Of a stretch of 64,000 bases of DNA, positions 24,601 to 36,736 are shown one piece after another; positions within the stretch are counted from its first letter, which is position 1, and each line of letters starts with the position of its first letter. The stretch is from the NCBI RefSeq assembly GCF_963921235.1, contig NC_086107.1, positions 107,696,001 to 107,760,000 of the forward strand, in the 5' to 3' direction. The DNA comes from Mobula hypostoma. Taxonomy: Eukaryota. The notes beneath the pieces are model-generated. The model saw only the letters and a list, made by a program, of their open reading frames with translations, was not told the origin of the DNA and ran no database searches. Both the position numbers and the translations under genes were made by a program.

Positions 24601-26730
24601 CTTCACCATCTTCCCTAATCTTACTATTTTGCCTCCAACCTCTCTCTATCTCACTTCTTAAAGCCTCACACTTGCCATATGTCCGGTTATTTGCTAACGG
24701 CTTCTCCCAGTCAATCCTTGCCAGTTCCTGTCCAATGCCATCGAAATTTAGTGCTTTTTGTCAATTCCAAAAAGTGGTAGGCATTGCGCCAGAGCATTGG
24801 AAGCTTCGCTCTTTGGTTGATGCGATTAATCTGGGCTGTGTTTTCTTTCTCTAAGTGGATAGCTTTTGGGCCATATGGAATAAAGGCTTTGGCAGGGCAG
24901 GGTACGAGATCACAGCTTATGTTGGCATAGTAGATGATTCCAGAAATTGTTGGGTCGGAAAAGAATGAACAGTATTGGGATTGAGTTCCATCTTTGAGCT
25001 CCATCTTTAAGCTCCTTCATTGGAAAAACATTAGCTGTAGGCTTAAGTATAAACAACATCACTTAGATGGGTGACAAAGATTTAACATTGGATGAAGGCC
25101 CTGTTCTCCTGTCAGAAAAGTAGAAGTAGAAAAGGCAGTTTTCACTTAAATAGATTAACGTTGCTTTCCTCAGATTGATGGCTCCACTCTCCGAACAATC
25201 TGCATGCAGCATGGCCCGCTGATAACATTCCATCTGAACCTGACACACGGCACCGCATTGGTCCGGTACAGTACCAAGCAAGAGGCTGCCAAGGCCCAGA
25301 CTGCGCTGCACATGTAAGTATCTGGCTCTGAAGTAATAAGATTATTCCTTTGCCTGTTTTCCCCCCGCCAACTAAATTGTTCTCTAGTTGGGAAAGTGAG
25401 AACAATCTATTCAGAAGCTGTTGACACCAGCCTCTCCGTTCAGCATTGCATTCTGTTTAGAATTTTGATGACAGAGGCAAATGTATACAGAAATGCACAA
25501 TTCAAATTGGCAAAGCTGCAAGTGAACCTTCGCCTGCAATGAGAAAAGAGCTCTTTCTGCTGAAGCTTAGTAGCTGCCAGTAGTGGGAAACCAAAATGAA
25601 AGGAGAATATACTGGAAATTCAAACAGAAGACTTAGTATCTGAAAGAGAAAGAGCAGACTAAAGCCATGATCAAGTGCATTCCATCAAAGTTCATAGCTT
25701 ATTGCACACGCTGAAAAGTCCACTGAGCATTTCTGGTACTATTTTTCCTCTTGCTTTTTAAGGCTTACATTGTTGCTGTTCTGTTTTGGGTAAGGTTGTC
25801 GTTGCTTTCTCTGCCTTGTAGTGCATCGGGTGGCAACCTTGCTGTTTCTTTAGCAATTTTTTGGTCTTTTTTACGAGGCTGAGTTGCTAGCTTGATGCTC
25901 AACCCAGCACAGAAAGTGTGCAAGGAGCCAGCCAGATTCGAACCCAGGCCAGTCGCCTTGAAGTCCGTTGCCGATGCCACTACACCACTGGTGATCAATT
26001 TGAATTGTATGCAGTACGGAAAATATAGCAGTGGTTGACTTGGGAATATTAAGAGTCTAGTCATCAGTGTGTTCATTAAGCTTAACCTTGCTGCAACCCA
26101 GGATGAGTTTGGCAAATTCTATTTCTTTCTAAAGGATCACTTAGCTCTTTGGTTTGTATATACACTGATTACTAAGGTGCTGCTGGTTGAATTAATCCCA
26201 CTTTCATGGAAGTAAGTTAGAAAGTTAATGGGGAGAAATCAAAAGAATAAATGAAAATGCCCTTTGTTCACCATTAAAACCATTTACATTTCTGAGCACC
26301 TTTTTTGTGTCCCTGGTATCTTCCCTTTCTAATCAATTGCCTTTTCCTTTAATTCTGCAGGTGTGTGTTGGGGAACACTACCATCCTTGCTGAGTTTGTC
26401 AGTGAAGAGGAAGTCAACCGCTATTTTGCACAAGGTCAGTTGTCAACACCTTCCCCGGGCTGGCAGACGTTGGAGACAGGACAGAGTCCGATGGATCCAG
26501 TTGGAAGCAGCCTGCATACGTTCGGTGGTCGGGCCAGCCTGGGACAGTGGAACAGTGCCGGAGGAGTGGGCAGGGGTAGTGGGAACTTGGCGGGAGCCTC
26601 GCTTTGGGCAACCCCAAGCTACACGGCGAGCCTGTGGGGGGCCCCGAATTCCGACGATTCGCACCGAATGGGCAGTCCAGCACCCCTGCTACCTGGCGAC
26701 CTCCTGGGTGGAGGGGCTGATTCAATTTGA
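3579..26730 (+). CDS. TNRC6B: TNRC6B (GW182 family, miRNA silencing scaffold): 3' portion, 16 coding exons in this window; the 5' part lies upstream of the window
   Basis: Exons joined at GT-AG sites with consistent phases give one continuous [17 protein letters not shown]...[14 protein letters not shown] (PAM2)...[36 protein letters not shown] (RRM)...[14 protein letters not shown]. It matches the recalled human TNRC6B sequence rather than TNRC6A/C (e.g. [21 protein letters not shown]-terminal GGGxDSI). Confidence 0.96.
5454..5502 (+). CDS. TNRC6B: TNRC6B exon ([16 protein letters not shown]), 49 nt
   Basis: TTGCAG acceptor, GTGAGT donor, phase 0-1; resembles human ...KMDLSVG. Confidence 0.88.
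6797..6942 (+). CDS. TNRC6B: TNRC6B exon ([15 protein letters not shown]...DSGPYFEK), 146 nt
   Basis: TTCTAG acceptor, GTGAGA donor, phase 1-0. Confidence 0.92.
6952..7460. mobile_element. Probable RTE-related non-autonomous insertion just downstream of a TNRC6B donor site
   Basis: GC-richer block starting GGTGGTAGTCCGTCG within an AT-rich intron; family assignment from memory. Confidence 0.4.
9155..9400 (-). mobile_element. tRNA-derived V-domain SINE
   Basis: Reverse core TTTGGACTGTGGGAGGAAAC...GGAGGAAACCCAC and reverse B-box GAATTGAACCC. Confidence 0.75.
10037..10207 (+). CDS. TNRC6B: TNRC6B exon ([17 protein letters not shown]...NLNARH), 171 nt, frame-neutral, probably a cassette exon
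   Basis: CTTCAG acceptor, GTAAGG donor, phase 0-0; matches human [17 protein letters not shown]. Confidence 0.9.
11765..11899 (+). CDS. TNRC6B: TNRC6B exon ([16 protein letters not shown]...QFLPPPQ), 135 nt
   Basis: ACAG acceptor, GTATGT donor, phase 0-0. Confidence 0.92.
12510..12638 (+). CDS. TNRC6B: TNRC6B exon (VPAPMLKH...[15 protein letters not shown]), 129 nt
   Basis: TTGCAG acceptor, GTGAGT donor, phase 0-0. Confidence 0.92.
13088..13189 (+). CDS. TNRC6B: TNRC6B Q-rich exon (AYQLLLQ9[19 protein letters not shown]), 102 nt
   Basis: CACAG acceptor, GTATGT donor; CAA/CAG run encoding Q9. Confidence 0.92.
14272..14670 (+). mobile_element. Short non-autonomous element, probably RTE-derived; inverted second copy at 47360-47662
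   Basis: The two copies align over ~300 nt (CATGCCAAA.AGGTCAAAGGGTAGAAGCCAGAC..GAGTGGTCCACC). Confidence 0.6.
15637..15835 (+). CDS. TNRC6B: TNRC6B Q-rich exon (LVRIVSALQ9HRH...[15 protein letters not shown]), 199 nt
   Basis: CCATAG acceptor, GTGAGT donor, phase 0-1. Confidence 0.92.
15912..16410 (-). mobile_element. CR1 LINE 3' fragment; related copies at 39260-39550, 52615-53210, 57320-57540, 59680-59830
   Basis: Shared GGAGCAGAATTAGGCCATT tail and GAATTCCACAGATTCACCAC segment. Confidence 0.75.
16471..16626 (+). CDS. TNRC6B: TNRC6B exon containing the CIM-1-type motif QSRLKQWT, 156 nt
   Basis: TTTCAG acceptor, GTAACT donor, phase 1-1. Confidence 0.92.
17788..17952 (+). CDS. TNRC6B: TNRC6B exon ([10 protein letters not shown]...SSWPP), 165 nt
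   Basis: TTGCAG acceptor, GTCTGA donor, phase 1-1; encodes the start of the PAM2 motif. Confidence 0.9.
18535..18845 (-). mobile_element. Old chondrichthyan SINE relic; related piece at ~56755-56945(+)
   Basis: Reverse of GAATTCAAATTCAGT..AATCTGGA..AAAAAGC..CAGTAATGG..GGTTC..AATG..TTTAGGGAAGGAA. Confidence 0.45.
19142..19288 (+). CDS. TNRC6B: TNRC6B exon with PAM2 core ([21 protein letters not shown]...), 147 nt
   Basis: TTTCAG acceptor, GTATAA donor, phase 1-1. Confidence 0.94.
19569..19664 (+). CDS. TNRC6B: TNRC6B exon ([21 protein letters not shown]...), 96 nt
   Basis: CCACAG acceptor, GTTAGC donor, phase 1-1. Confidence 0.92.
20297..20506 (+). CDS. TNRC6B: TNRC6B exon ([17 protein letters not shown]...RPPPGLTN...ESRYAL), 210 nt
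   Basis: TTCCAG acceptor; donor TTA/GTGCGT is weak but gives the phase 1 required by the next exon. Confidence 0.88.
20700..21280 (+). mobile_element. Old CR1 fragment; similar decayed pieces at 2240-2510, 6080-6590, 40550-40830, 53620-53930
   Basis: CTGGAGAATTGTGTGCAGTTCT (LExCVQF) and similarity to the intact CR1 at 49013. Confidence 0.65.
22212..22291 (+). CDS. TNRC6B: TNRC6B exon (SNWSDG...[11 protein letters not shown]), start of RRM, 80 nt
   Basis: TTTAG acceptor, GTAATG donor, phase 1-0. Confidence 0.93.
23708..24180 (-). mobile_element. Rex1/Babar-type LINE 3' end, inserted among CR1 fragments (23560-23708, 24180-24850)
   Basis: [29 protein letters not shown]...[14 protein letters not shown]; shared 3' UTR with other copies. 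Confidence 0.8.
25174..25313 (+). CDS. TNRC6B: TNRC6B RRM exon ([47 protein letters not shown]), 140 nt
   Basis: CCTCAG acceptor, GTAAGT donor, phase 0-2. Confidence 0.95.
25790..25992 (-). mobile_element. Second tRNA-headed SINE family; copies at 45745-45950(+) and, sharing the head only, 56965-57207(-)
   Basis: Head CCAGTGGTGTAGTGGCATCGG...GGTTCGAATC; the 57-kb copy carries an RTE/Bov-B-like GAAGGCAATGGCAAACCAC segment. Confidence 0.7.
26361..26730 (+). CDS. TNRC6B: TNRC6B last coding exon ([12 protein letters not shown]...LLGGGADSI*)
   Basis: CTGCAG acceptor; ORF track 26365-26730; TGA stop. Confidence 0.95.
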
Positions 26731-27494
26731 ACTTTTAAGCTTTCAACCTTTGACCTGTGACCTCGTGAACTTTTTTGAACAGCAGCACTAATGTGTTTTA
26801 TTTTCAAACTGCAATAAGTTTCAAGACAAGTTTAAAGAAAAAAAAGGAGAAAAAAAAGAAAAAAGTGAAACAAATTAAGGGGGTCATCCACAGTCTCTTT
26901 TGTGCACATAGACACCTCCCTCCTAATTTTCGGCTACTTTTTTTTAATCAAAAAAAAATAAAAAACTAAAAACAACAAAAAAAACATATCACACTTCAAA
27001 ATACTTGAATCATGAACGCCAACATTAAAAATGTGAAGTACACTTTACCATCACACAATAAATAAGTTTTTTTTTAAAAAGGTAGTATAGTTTTTCCTTA
27101 CATGATCTTTTCTCCCCCCCTCCGTATTGAGAAGTTGTTGCAACAGGATATTTACTGAAAACTCAAAACAGGCTTTTAAAAACTTTTTTTTTTGCACTGG
27201 GCACGTTTCCGTCCTCTGACATGCAATAGCGGAGACGCAGCAGAACCTCACGTATTAATGCTAGTGATTGACCAGGGCGGGCATTGAGCCTAGCAGTCAC
27301 TTACTAGATGTACAAGTTACTGGCTATTACTATGCACCCGTACCAGTGCTGTATGTGCCAGCCCTTTACGGCTGGGACATGGCAGTTACAATTGTTAAAC
27401 TTGCATTGTGGGAAGGTGTGGGGTTGGAATTCAGCACAGACTCTTAAACTGCTCCCCTGACTACTAAATACACCACCAGGACCACTACTAAATC

Positions 27495-27800
27495 ACACAG
27501 ACCAGAGAGGTTCCATTTGATTTCTGGTCAGTGCTGAATTAGCCTGCTCTCGGCCACAGAGCTTACTATGCTAGGGCTTTAAATTGATCTCCATGACCCC
27601 ACAGCCACCATTGTATGTGAGGGTCAGAAGCGAAGTCACAGTTTTCGTTTGTGATGACTGTCAACCAACCTTTTGTAGGTGTGGCTTTGAGGTGGGGTCG
27701 GAGTTGAACTTAGTAGTAATGCCCTCTGTGGTTGAATAACCAGCTCACACTCATTGTCTAGGGTCAAGGATGGATAATGGCTGCTTGGGCAAGGTTGCAA
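27495..27800 (+). mobile_element. Ancient, strongly diverged SINE-like relic in the TNRC6B 3' UTR
   Basis: ACAGACCAG..GGTTCC..TGGTCAGTGCTGAATTAGC head and CACACTCATTGTCTAGG..ATGGCTGCTTGGGCAAGG tail resemble a recalled old chondrichthyan SINE. Confidence 0.4.
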
Positions 27801-28314
27801 AGGGCTGTTAAGTCATTGGCATAGCATAATCTTAAGGAGGAGGGGGGGTGGGAAGATGGCATCTCAACAGCATTAACCTCCATCTCCTGAAAGTGATATT
27901 AGGATCAGAGATGCCTCTGTTTGATTAAGGTTCTGAGCGTAATTTTGATGATCAATTTCCACAAAGTTAGTTGATCCAAGGAGTTGATGTTTCACTCCAA
28001 TTTTGCCTGTTGCCTCCCTTGTCCAACCAAAGGTTGTCTTAATTTTGATTTATAATTGAGATGTTCCCAGCCCTACGCTACCATGCTGCTTATTTTGCGC
28101 TCTATTTAAGATTTGGTTACTGTGTTTTTCTGTAGAAAATTGTAATTCATTTAGTGATAGCACAGCAATATCTTGACCACCACTAAAACGTGCTGATCAA
28201 GATATCATCCTGTTTGTGGTGTCATGTCATCATCGTATTGCTGACGTTGTGTGCTGTCAGTAGTTTATCCTGTACCACTGTTAAGCACCGCAGTAATCTT
28301 TTTATTTCCTTTCC

Positions 28315-28320
<6 letters not shown>

Positions 28321-28356
<36 letters not shown>
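28321..28356. repeat. (CT)18 microsatellite
   Basis: Read directly. Confidence 0.95.
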
Positions 28357-28359
<3 letters not shown>

Positions 28360-29496
28360 GGCTGAGCTGCCCTCTGAATGCTACATTCAAATGACATAAG
28401 CACTTAAAACCAATGTAGGTTAGAAAACTTAGTGTAGAGGTTTTCAAGTTAAATTTACATGTTGCACTCAGTTTCAAAGTGTTGGGGGGGGACTTGCATT
28501 GTGTACTGTACCAAGCTTTATCATATTTTTAAACCAGGGGGTTCCTGGCGGGTCATTCATTTCCCTGCCCTCTCCCTCTTGAGGTATTCAAAACACTTAG
28601 CTAATCCAATGAAGGTGTTGCCGTAATTTAATTAAAAAAACTCCTTTAATATAGTCCTCCCTCCTTTGTATATGTTTTATGTTTTTTTTAATCTTTGAGC
28701 AGAAATGTAGCTTTCCAATTGGCTTGGCTGGCTTGAGCCTTCCTACGTTCACCTGTACTGCCTGCAAATTGACACTTCCACAAAATGGCTTGTCGCCACT
28801 CACAAAGCCTCATCGGCACAAGTCTGCAAAACTGGTTTACAGCCAGCTGTTTACATCCCACAGTCCCCGGCAACTCCACTCTTAACAAGAGCTTCTCTGT
28901 AACTGCACAGGGATTTTGGAATAGGACCGAGCTCTGGGGACAACCCTGCTTGTGGCTATAATAATCCTTGCTGTGTGCAGCTCGCTTTCCTTTCCCTACA
29001 GCGTACAGGTTATTTCTTTGAAATTACGGTCCATTTGTAACAGCAAGACATTCTGTGGCCATTCTGTGTACTTGCTGACCCTGAAGTATGCAGACAAACG
29101 TTGCTGTAAATCTAGGTTTAAAGTTACATCAGACTGTGTAGGAATAGCTTTAGCATTTTTTTTCTTGTTTACACCAAACATTGAGCATGTCTGCATGCGT
29201 ATGCAGCACAATGATGCACGTACATTAAGGGATCACAGCTAGGGTCCTAAACAGACCTGGTGTGTGACCACATCATCGAACAAAAAGTCCAATTTAAACT
29301 TTAATTTAAGGATACTGAAAGTGTATTTCTTTAAAATGTTACATCAGGCATGTATTATGAATGGGTTTGTGTTCATCTCCTGTCCAATTTTCCATTAGTG
29401 ACAGTTATTACAGATTTCGCTCACTCTGAATTCAAATAATTTAATCAAATGTGTTGAGTACAGTTGTGCTGGAGACTGGCACGCATCCTAAAAAAA

Positions 29497-29547
29497 ACAA
29501 ACACACACACACGCACACATAATACACACACACACACACACACACAC
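29497..29547. repeat. Interrupted (CA)n microsatellite
   Basis: Read directly. Confidence 0.9.
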
Positions 29548-32500
29548 CCCTTCAACAGGCAGCAGACTATTTCAGTCTTGCTGCTGTACAGGCTGGTACT
29601 GGGTCCCAATTAATGGTAGATAAATGCCGAACGCAGAGAGGAGGAACAGTACCTTTGTTCACTGGTCGATCACTATATAAAAGTTATAAACGTTTACGTA
29701 TGAATGTTCTTTAATAGTTTAAAAGCAGTGTGTGCTTTCCTTTATTTCCTTCCCTTCATGTTTAAGCCCCCTTGGGTAAATCGAATGAGAAAAGCATTTA
29801 CTTGTTAAGGAAACTATATAAAAATGTTGTTAATGTTGTTATAAGTATTGCACCTTTTTTCTGTTTTTTAATTGCCCTCGTGTTTGGCTGTAGTGTTATT
29901 TTTTTCTTTATAGACAAAGTAGAGCATTGTAGAATGGGTGTGAGGGAGAAGGGTCTGCATGGTAATGGGCAGTGACAAACGATGGAGGGGAAAGAGAAGG
30001 AACCATTCATTCTTTGAAAGTCCTCATGGGTTTGGAGGCACACCCATGTCACGTCAGCTCAGTGATTAAAAGTGGCTGTAATTAAAAGTTAATTTAATCC
30101 AGTTTCTGATTCAATCAGTCCAATCTGTAGAAACCCCTTACCTTTCCCCATTCATTCAGACATGTTGTCACTTCGCATTTACCATGCTTCTCCCACCCCT
30201 CCTCCCCAGTTCTAGCTCAGATGCACACCCACCCACATGCGCCTCACTCCTGTGTGCTTGCTCATCTTCCAGCAACTTGTGGAGTGATAAAAAAAAATTC
30301 TGAATGTTAGGGAGGTGTCCAAGTGTTTGGCCTTGTCCTGTTTACATGATCTTTAGGGCTGTGTCGAATTGTTGAATTATTTTGAAGAATCTTACATTTT
30401 TTAAAACAAAAAAAAAATGTGTAGTTTAATTGAATAGTCTGCTGACCTTTGGGTCTGGAAGAACGGGGATACTGTACAAAATTACTGGGCACTGTTATCT
30501 AATCTAGCCACCTATGCTCTGTTCATTAGTGGAGAGTCTGGATATTGTAATAGTCACCAAAGGCTGCAGAATATTTTTTACTCCACTGACTGCGGTAACA
30601 TTCACAACAGCTAGTCCAAACTAAGGTGGATAGAGGATGATGTTACCGGTACTCCATCGCACTTCATCCACATTTCCCTTTTGAGAATGTGGACTCTGAG
30701 ACTGATTTATATGAACTGTTCTAATAACAGATTTTTAAAAATATTTTCAAATATTGTTGGCACAGTCCTACAAATTTTTCCAAGGCATTGTAAAGTCTGA
30801 AATCTGAGAAAAAAAAACATTGAACCGTTCTTCCACCAAAACAGGATAACAAAAGACCAAAAATATGTGTTTCGTATTTTTAGATGAAAAACTCTGGGAG
30901 CATTTGACAGTGTTGTTTTTATTTTAGTTTGCATTTTCTTTTTGTTTTGCTTCAATTATTTTACTTCCTCCTAAAATTTAAAGAAAGTTCTCAGGAATTT
31001 TTAGGGGAAAAGCCAGTTCCCGAAATGTTGTTTATTTTTAAGAGGGAATAAAAAAAAGCTGATGTTTGACTTTGATGAGATTTAGATTTTTAAATCTATT
31101 TGTTGCACCAGTTCCAAACCTATCTAATTACGAGAATTCAACTTAAATAGTGATACCTCATAGTGGTCATAGAGCAGTCTTTCTGGAGTATTTCAGTTAG
31201 AAATAATATGCATACACAATTTTAATCACACTCAGTTTGACTGCAAGAGCAACTCTTCTCATCCAGGAGAAGATCTAGATAGAGAAAGGCTAGGGTGGAG
31301 GGTAGAGGTTTACCCGAAGTCCCTTCTCAATGTACAAAGACTCATTGCAAAATGGTCACCCTATAGATGAAATCTTCTACTCAAGTACCTGCGGCAACTG
31401 AGTTGCCTAGTATCTACTGCTGTCTTGTCCAAATCCTTAAGGAAGCCATTAGTGGATCTATAGTGAGTTTGGGAACAGTTAGACTGGGTTAGTGTTTAAC
31501 AAGCTGTATGTTCACTGTGCTTCCCTGTTCTGATTGATCTTGCTATGTGTAGGGGGAGTGGCTAGAAAGGGCCAAAATTATTTTTAAACAGAAAAAGTTA
31601 TTGTTAGATGAAATTGCGGGGAATTATTGATAAAAGATAAGCACAATTTGTTTCCTACTCTCCCTATTCTGTACACCATCCTGGGCTTGTTCCATTTTGC
31701 ATGATATTCAGGGGCCCTGGTTAAGAGCTAGCAATTGTTTAAACTGTTTTGGATCTATTCTTTGTACTGTAATGCTTCAGAAAGGTGGGAACTTTGGGAG
31801 CTCAATGAAAGGGGTTAGATTTGCTATATTATTGCTGTTACTACTGTAGTAAGTGGTGTGTTTTAATGTTGAACAGCAGCTTTGAGTATTGCTCAGTTTG
31901 GCAACTGAGCATTGGTACTTCACACTAAAATAGTTATCATCCTGATCTCCAAAATCTGGATGACGAGCAAATGCTGCAACAGAAATCAATCTAGCTTCAG
32001 TTTCCAAGATTGCATAACCCCTACCCCCACCCCACCACCTCATAGTTGCCCATTACTGAAATGTTGAGGTGTTATAAACATAGGTATATCCTGCAGCAAA
32101 TCTATTGCTTAGTCACACACTCCACAGTAATAATCCTGAAATATCGTCTTTCGCAGAATATTTTCCAGGAAGTTCCCCCTAAGTGATTGAAGCATGTTGC
32201 AATGATTTTCCTTGTCATTTCTTTCCATCTGGAACAAATTCTGGTTTTGATGTCACTAGTGATGGTATGATTATTTCTGAATGAATGTTGAAGTCCCTGA
32301 TAATTGCTCAGCTGATTATTCAGTAAGTACACACCTACCTTTCTCATTTTGGGTGTTGGGGCAGAAGCACTTGAACACCGTTTTACACCCCCCCTCGCCC
32401 CACCCTACACAACTTGCCACTTTGTAGATGCATTTGCACTGAAGCGAATCACAGATGTATGTTCAGCAATAGACCCATGAGAAGCAAGATTTGCCGATGA

Positions 32501-35500
32501 ACTGAGTATTTTAAAACACTGCTTCAAAACAAAAATAAAAACACTGCTTAAAAGCACACACATGCCAGAGTCCTACTTGTACATTGCCCATGGGAGCCAT
32601 ACAAATGTCAATTTATTATAGTGGCAATGACTGAAGCCTGTAAGGCCAAATAGAAATTGTAGCAAGTACAGAGCCCACAGCACCTTAAATTATAGTTTTC
32701 AGTTGGTGCCTAAAATGTATTATCCTGAATCTCTCTTTCAGGTAAAGACTAAAGAGTTAAGTCTGCTGCTAGGGTGCAGCATTGTCTGTTTATCATAGGT
32801 TCTTATCATTCCTTGGCTATTCTGCTGGTTACTCTTATAGTCCAGCCCCCGTTGAACTGCTTAACTGTCTTGTTTTGTGATTTGTGTGGGGGTGCAGAAA
32901 TTTCACCCCTCTGGTAAGATATTAATTTGTTAGTTGTACCTTAACCCTGGAAATGCCAGTTACTAGTTGTCTGTAAAATAAGGGGGCGTGTGTTTGCAAA
33001 TCGTGGTTCCTGTTCATCGGCCTGTGGAGAATAATCATATTCTTCGATATCCGGAATGTTTTACGTAATGAGTATCAAGTTGAGTTTATAGTCAGTTGCT
33101 TTTCTCAGATCTTCAGTTAATGTACAGGAACTTTTTACATATAGCTCTTGGGAGCAGGTGGGGAAAAGATGCAAAATTTACCTTGTGTTAGGGCGCCACA
33201 TTTGAGAGTAAGAGATAATCAACTTTGGCAGAAAGCAAAGGCACTTTAAACACTCAGCTGTCTCCATTACAACTTGTAAAATTAGTTTCTCCTCAGAAGA
33301 TCCTGTATGTTTTCTTTTTAATCTGGTTTTGAGCCTATGATTGATGTCACCTACATCCTATTAGCATTCCTTGGTCTGTTTTGGTGGGTTGGAGTGGGGT
33401 GGGGGTGTAGAGTGAAAGCTGGTGCCCTTTTAGATCTATCAGTCTCCCTTTCTAGATAATTTGATCAAAAGCACCCCAGGACCCTAATTACTACTTCTGC
33501 AAGGAATGACTGAAATCTGAAGATCACTGAGCAGTCTGTTGCTAATCCACTGCAGTCCCCGAGTAATGTTTGAAAAGATGCTCAAGTCCAAGTTTAAGCT
33601 TGCCATTTAATCATCTAGCTCTCCATTGATCCCAGCCTATGTCATTGACTGACTTAGAGGAACATTGATTCCTATTTCACCAGCCATCTCTGAACTCTGC
33701 ACACATTGAACTGGATCAGCTTAGTCATGACTTAGTCCTTTCATAGGGCATTCAGTGTCACTGTCTTCATTCCTTGTCTTTGTCCTCTCATAAGCCAGGA
33801 AGGTTATAATCTCCATACATAGTTTTTGTTAAAATGTAATTAGTGTTTTTACTATCGATCAAATTTATTGGCTATAAATAGTTGGGTCACAGCATCAGCA
33901 TCAGGTGGAACCTATTTCTCACATTTGTTAGTGGAAGATGAGGGCTTAAAAGAAATGGGAAACTTAGTACAATCTCTTCAGAATATTGCTCTCAAACTTC
34001 CCTTCAAAGTTGTTGATAATTCACTCATTGTCTTTGGTTACTTTGCTCGGGTTGAGCTGACTGGAATGTGGAAGCAACTGGCGGGCTTCCCATTTAGATA
34101 TGGATTGCATTACTGACATTCTGCTTTTCCCTCTTCCTAAGACCTGCATGAGTAGGGGACGCATTGTGCTGCTATTAGTTTGATTGCACAGTTCATCTGT
34201 ATGCACAGCTGTAATGGGGTGATGGTGTTAATCATAACTATAAATTTTAAGTTTTATCTGGGGACTAGGGTGGTAGGGCTGGGGAGGGAGATTTAGACTT
34301 TGCCACATTAGGCTGAACGGGGTTTTGTGGGGAATTGGGTGCCACATCTTTCTAATGGAACAGTGCCGCTTTGCTGTGTTTCTCAAGTTGGACGTTTAGA
34401 TTTGTGAAGGATATCGCACTTTGACTTAAAAGAAAAAAATTCAGTGATCAGAATTTGACTTTTTTGAAAGAATGTCTTATTTTTAAAGGAAGTCAATAGA
34501 TGTGACAGAGGTGTTGGTATATTGAATGAATATTACTATACAGTTAATATATGATCCAGGGCATGATCTATTTCAGTGATATTGTAGGGTGTGTTTATTG
34601 TTTGCTCTCTCCTTTTTGTGGGGAGGGGGAAAGTGTTGTGGGTGGGGTGATGGATTATGGACTGAATAATTTCGTGCATGGAAAATTGCTAAGTAACAAA
34701 ATTCTGACAGTTGCCTTTGTGGTCCTCCATCTCCTCTTCCCAACATGCATGGTTGCAGTAATCAGTGTCTTGGGGTCTAACTGAATAAAACTCCCAGTTT
34801 TATAGGGGAAAACTATCAGCAGTGCTTTGGAAATTTCCTTTAAGAAAACAGTATCAAAAAGCTTTGGATTTCATCAATCCAACAGTGTATGTTGCACAAT
34901 GAATTTAGTCTATATTAAGGAATTTGTTTGTATTTATGGCATTGATAGGGGAGAGGAGTGGCTCCTACTCATAAAGAATTCTTTCTGGAATTGCATGTGG
35001 CATGCAGCTTGTTTCCCACCCTTTTCTACACCCTCCTGTGGCTGTTTAAACTGTGCTTTTTCTTTGCTGATAGTTGTCTTTCTCTCTGGGGTAAGTTGGG
35101 TCGCAGTCTGGGGAAGAGGTACAGCTATTGGTAATTACCTTTTGTAAATAACTTGTCCTGTGAGTTTAACTTCATTATCACAACACCAGACAAAGATAAT
35201 GAGATCGTTTTGGGTCATGGTTTGATATTGGGATTACAGGGGGAGGGGGTTGGATCCTTAATTAATTCAGTTTGAGGGATTAAGCTTGTTGGAATAGTGC
35301 ATGTAATTTGATCTAAGATTTATGCATGGCAAGGGCCTTTATCTTCTCCATTTGTTGCACTCTTTCCAGGATGTGGTGATACACTCCCAGTACATTCTTT
35401 GTATTCCTTCCTTACATCAAATACCTTATTGTTCCCACAGTAGATTACATTAGTTTTTAGACCAGTTGCTGCCCTGTGCCCACTCCCTTCATCTCCATTA

Positions 35501-36736
35501 AATTTTGCATTGTACACAAAATGGGGTACATCTTGGATGACCCATTGCATTGCTCTACGTTGTACAAAGAGGCATTAACAATCCTTCATGAAGTGGGGTG
35601 GGGAAGAGATTGAATTACACTGTTTACACTTGCCTGATTCAATTGCTGTGACTCAGATAGTGATGTCTATTATTTTGCTGCACCATGACAAAATTTAATG
35701 AAAATAAACACTTTGTCTTAGTTGGAGTCTACAGGGTATCAGTGGACAATGCAGTGCCATGTAAACTGGGGTAACTAATCATCTGACAGTGTGATGGAGA
35801 GTGTTAGGCACCCTCCCTTTTCAGTGAAAGTGTAGAGTGGTCATGTCCAGGATTCCTATCCAAGTTGTTTATTGGTGCAGCAGTCAGTGACACAGAAGTG
35901 CAGTAAGGAGGCAGCATATCAGAACTGCTCAGGAGAAGTTGAAACTATTTTTCAGTTGCAGATAAATGATCTGTACATAAACCTTTACAATTATCACTCG
36001 ACTAGTGTAGATTTCGGCAACCAAGAAGGAAGAGATTTAAAAAAAACTTATTCTGATAGTACTGTGAATTATATATATATATAAATATATATAAATAAAT
36101 ATATAAAAATCTTAAATTCCGTGGTTCCAAGGATTTCTCAATTTTTTTTATAAATGAATCCTAATGTTATATAATGAACAATTTAGAACATTTGCAGAAG
36201 ATTTTGCTGATATGTCATACATTAAGCATGTGCGTATTTTGATAGGTTTTGAAGAAAAAGTATATATGGAACTAGGTGGTGGGGATAACTAGGTGGTTTG
36301 GTATTCGGATATCTGATTTCCTACTGTGCCTGCCCCGGTACCAGTTCAGTATTGGTGCTATCGGACTGTCGCTTCTTACATTGTTAAATATTGGCATGGC
36401 AACCCCGTAGCACATGCAGTGGGATACCTGGCTCCCCAGACAGGGTGGCAGTGGGTTTAACACTTGCAGACTTGGCTCACCTGCTAGGGTTTGGAAAGAA
36501 ACTTTGAATTCTTTTTGAGGGTTGCCATAGGTAACTGGATAATCCATTTTTTTTTGAGATTGGGGAGGGAGTGGAAAGAGAAATTTGATGCCATTTTCTC
36601 CTCTATAAACACACCATCCCCATCTGACAGAGTGAGTGGTTGGTTGGCCTCGTCCAAAAGCAAAATCATCATCCAAACCTTCTTTACTCTGAGTTGAAGG
36701 TGGGTTCAGTAGCGGAGTGATTTCTGTAGGGATATG

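Noticed and set aside
31393..31407. Palindrome GGCAACT-G-AGTTGCC
   Set aside because: A single 7-bp inverted repeat is expected by chance in 64 kb.
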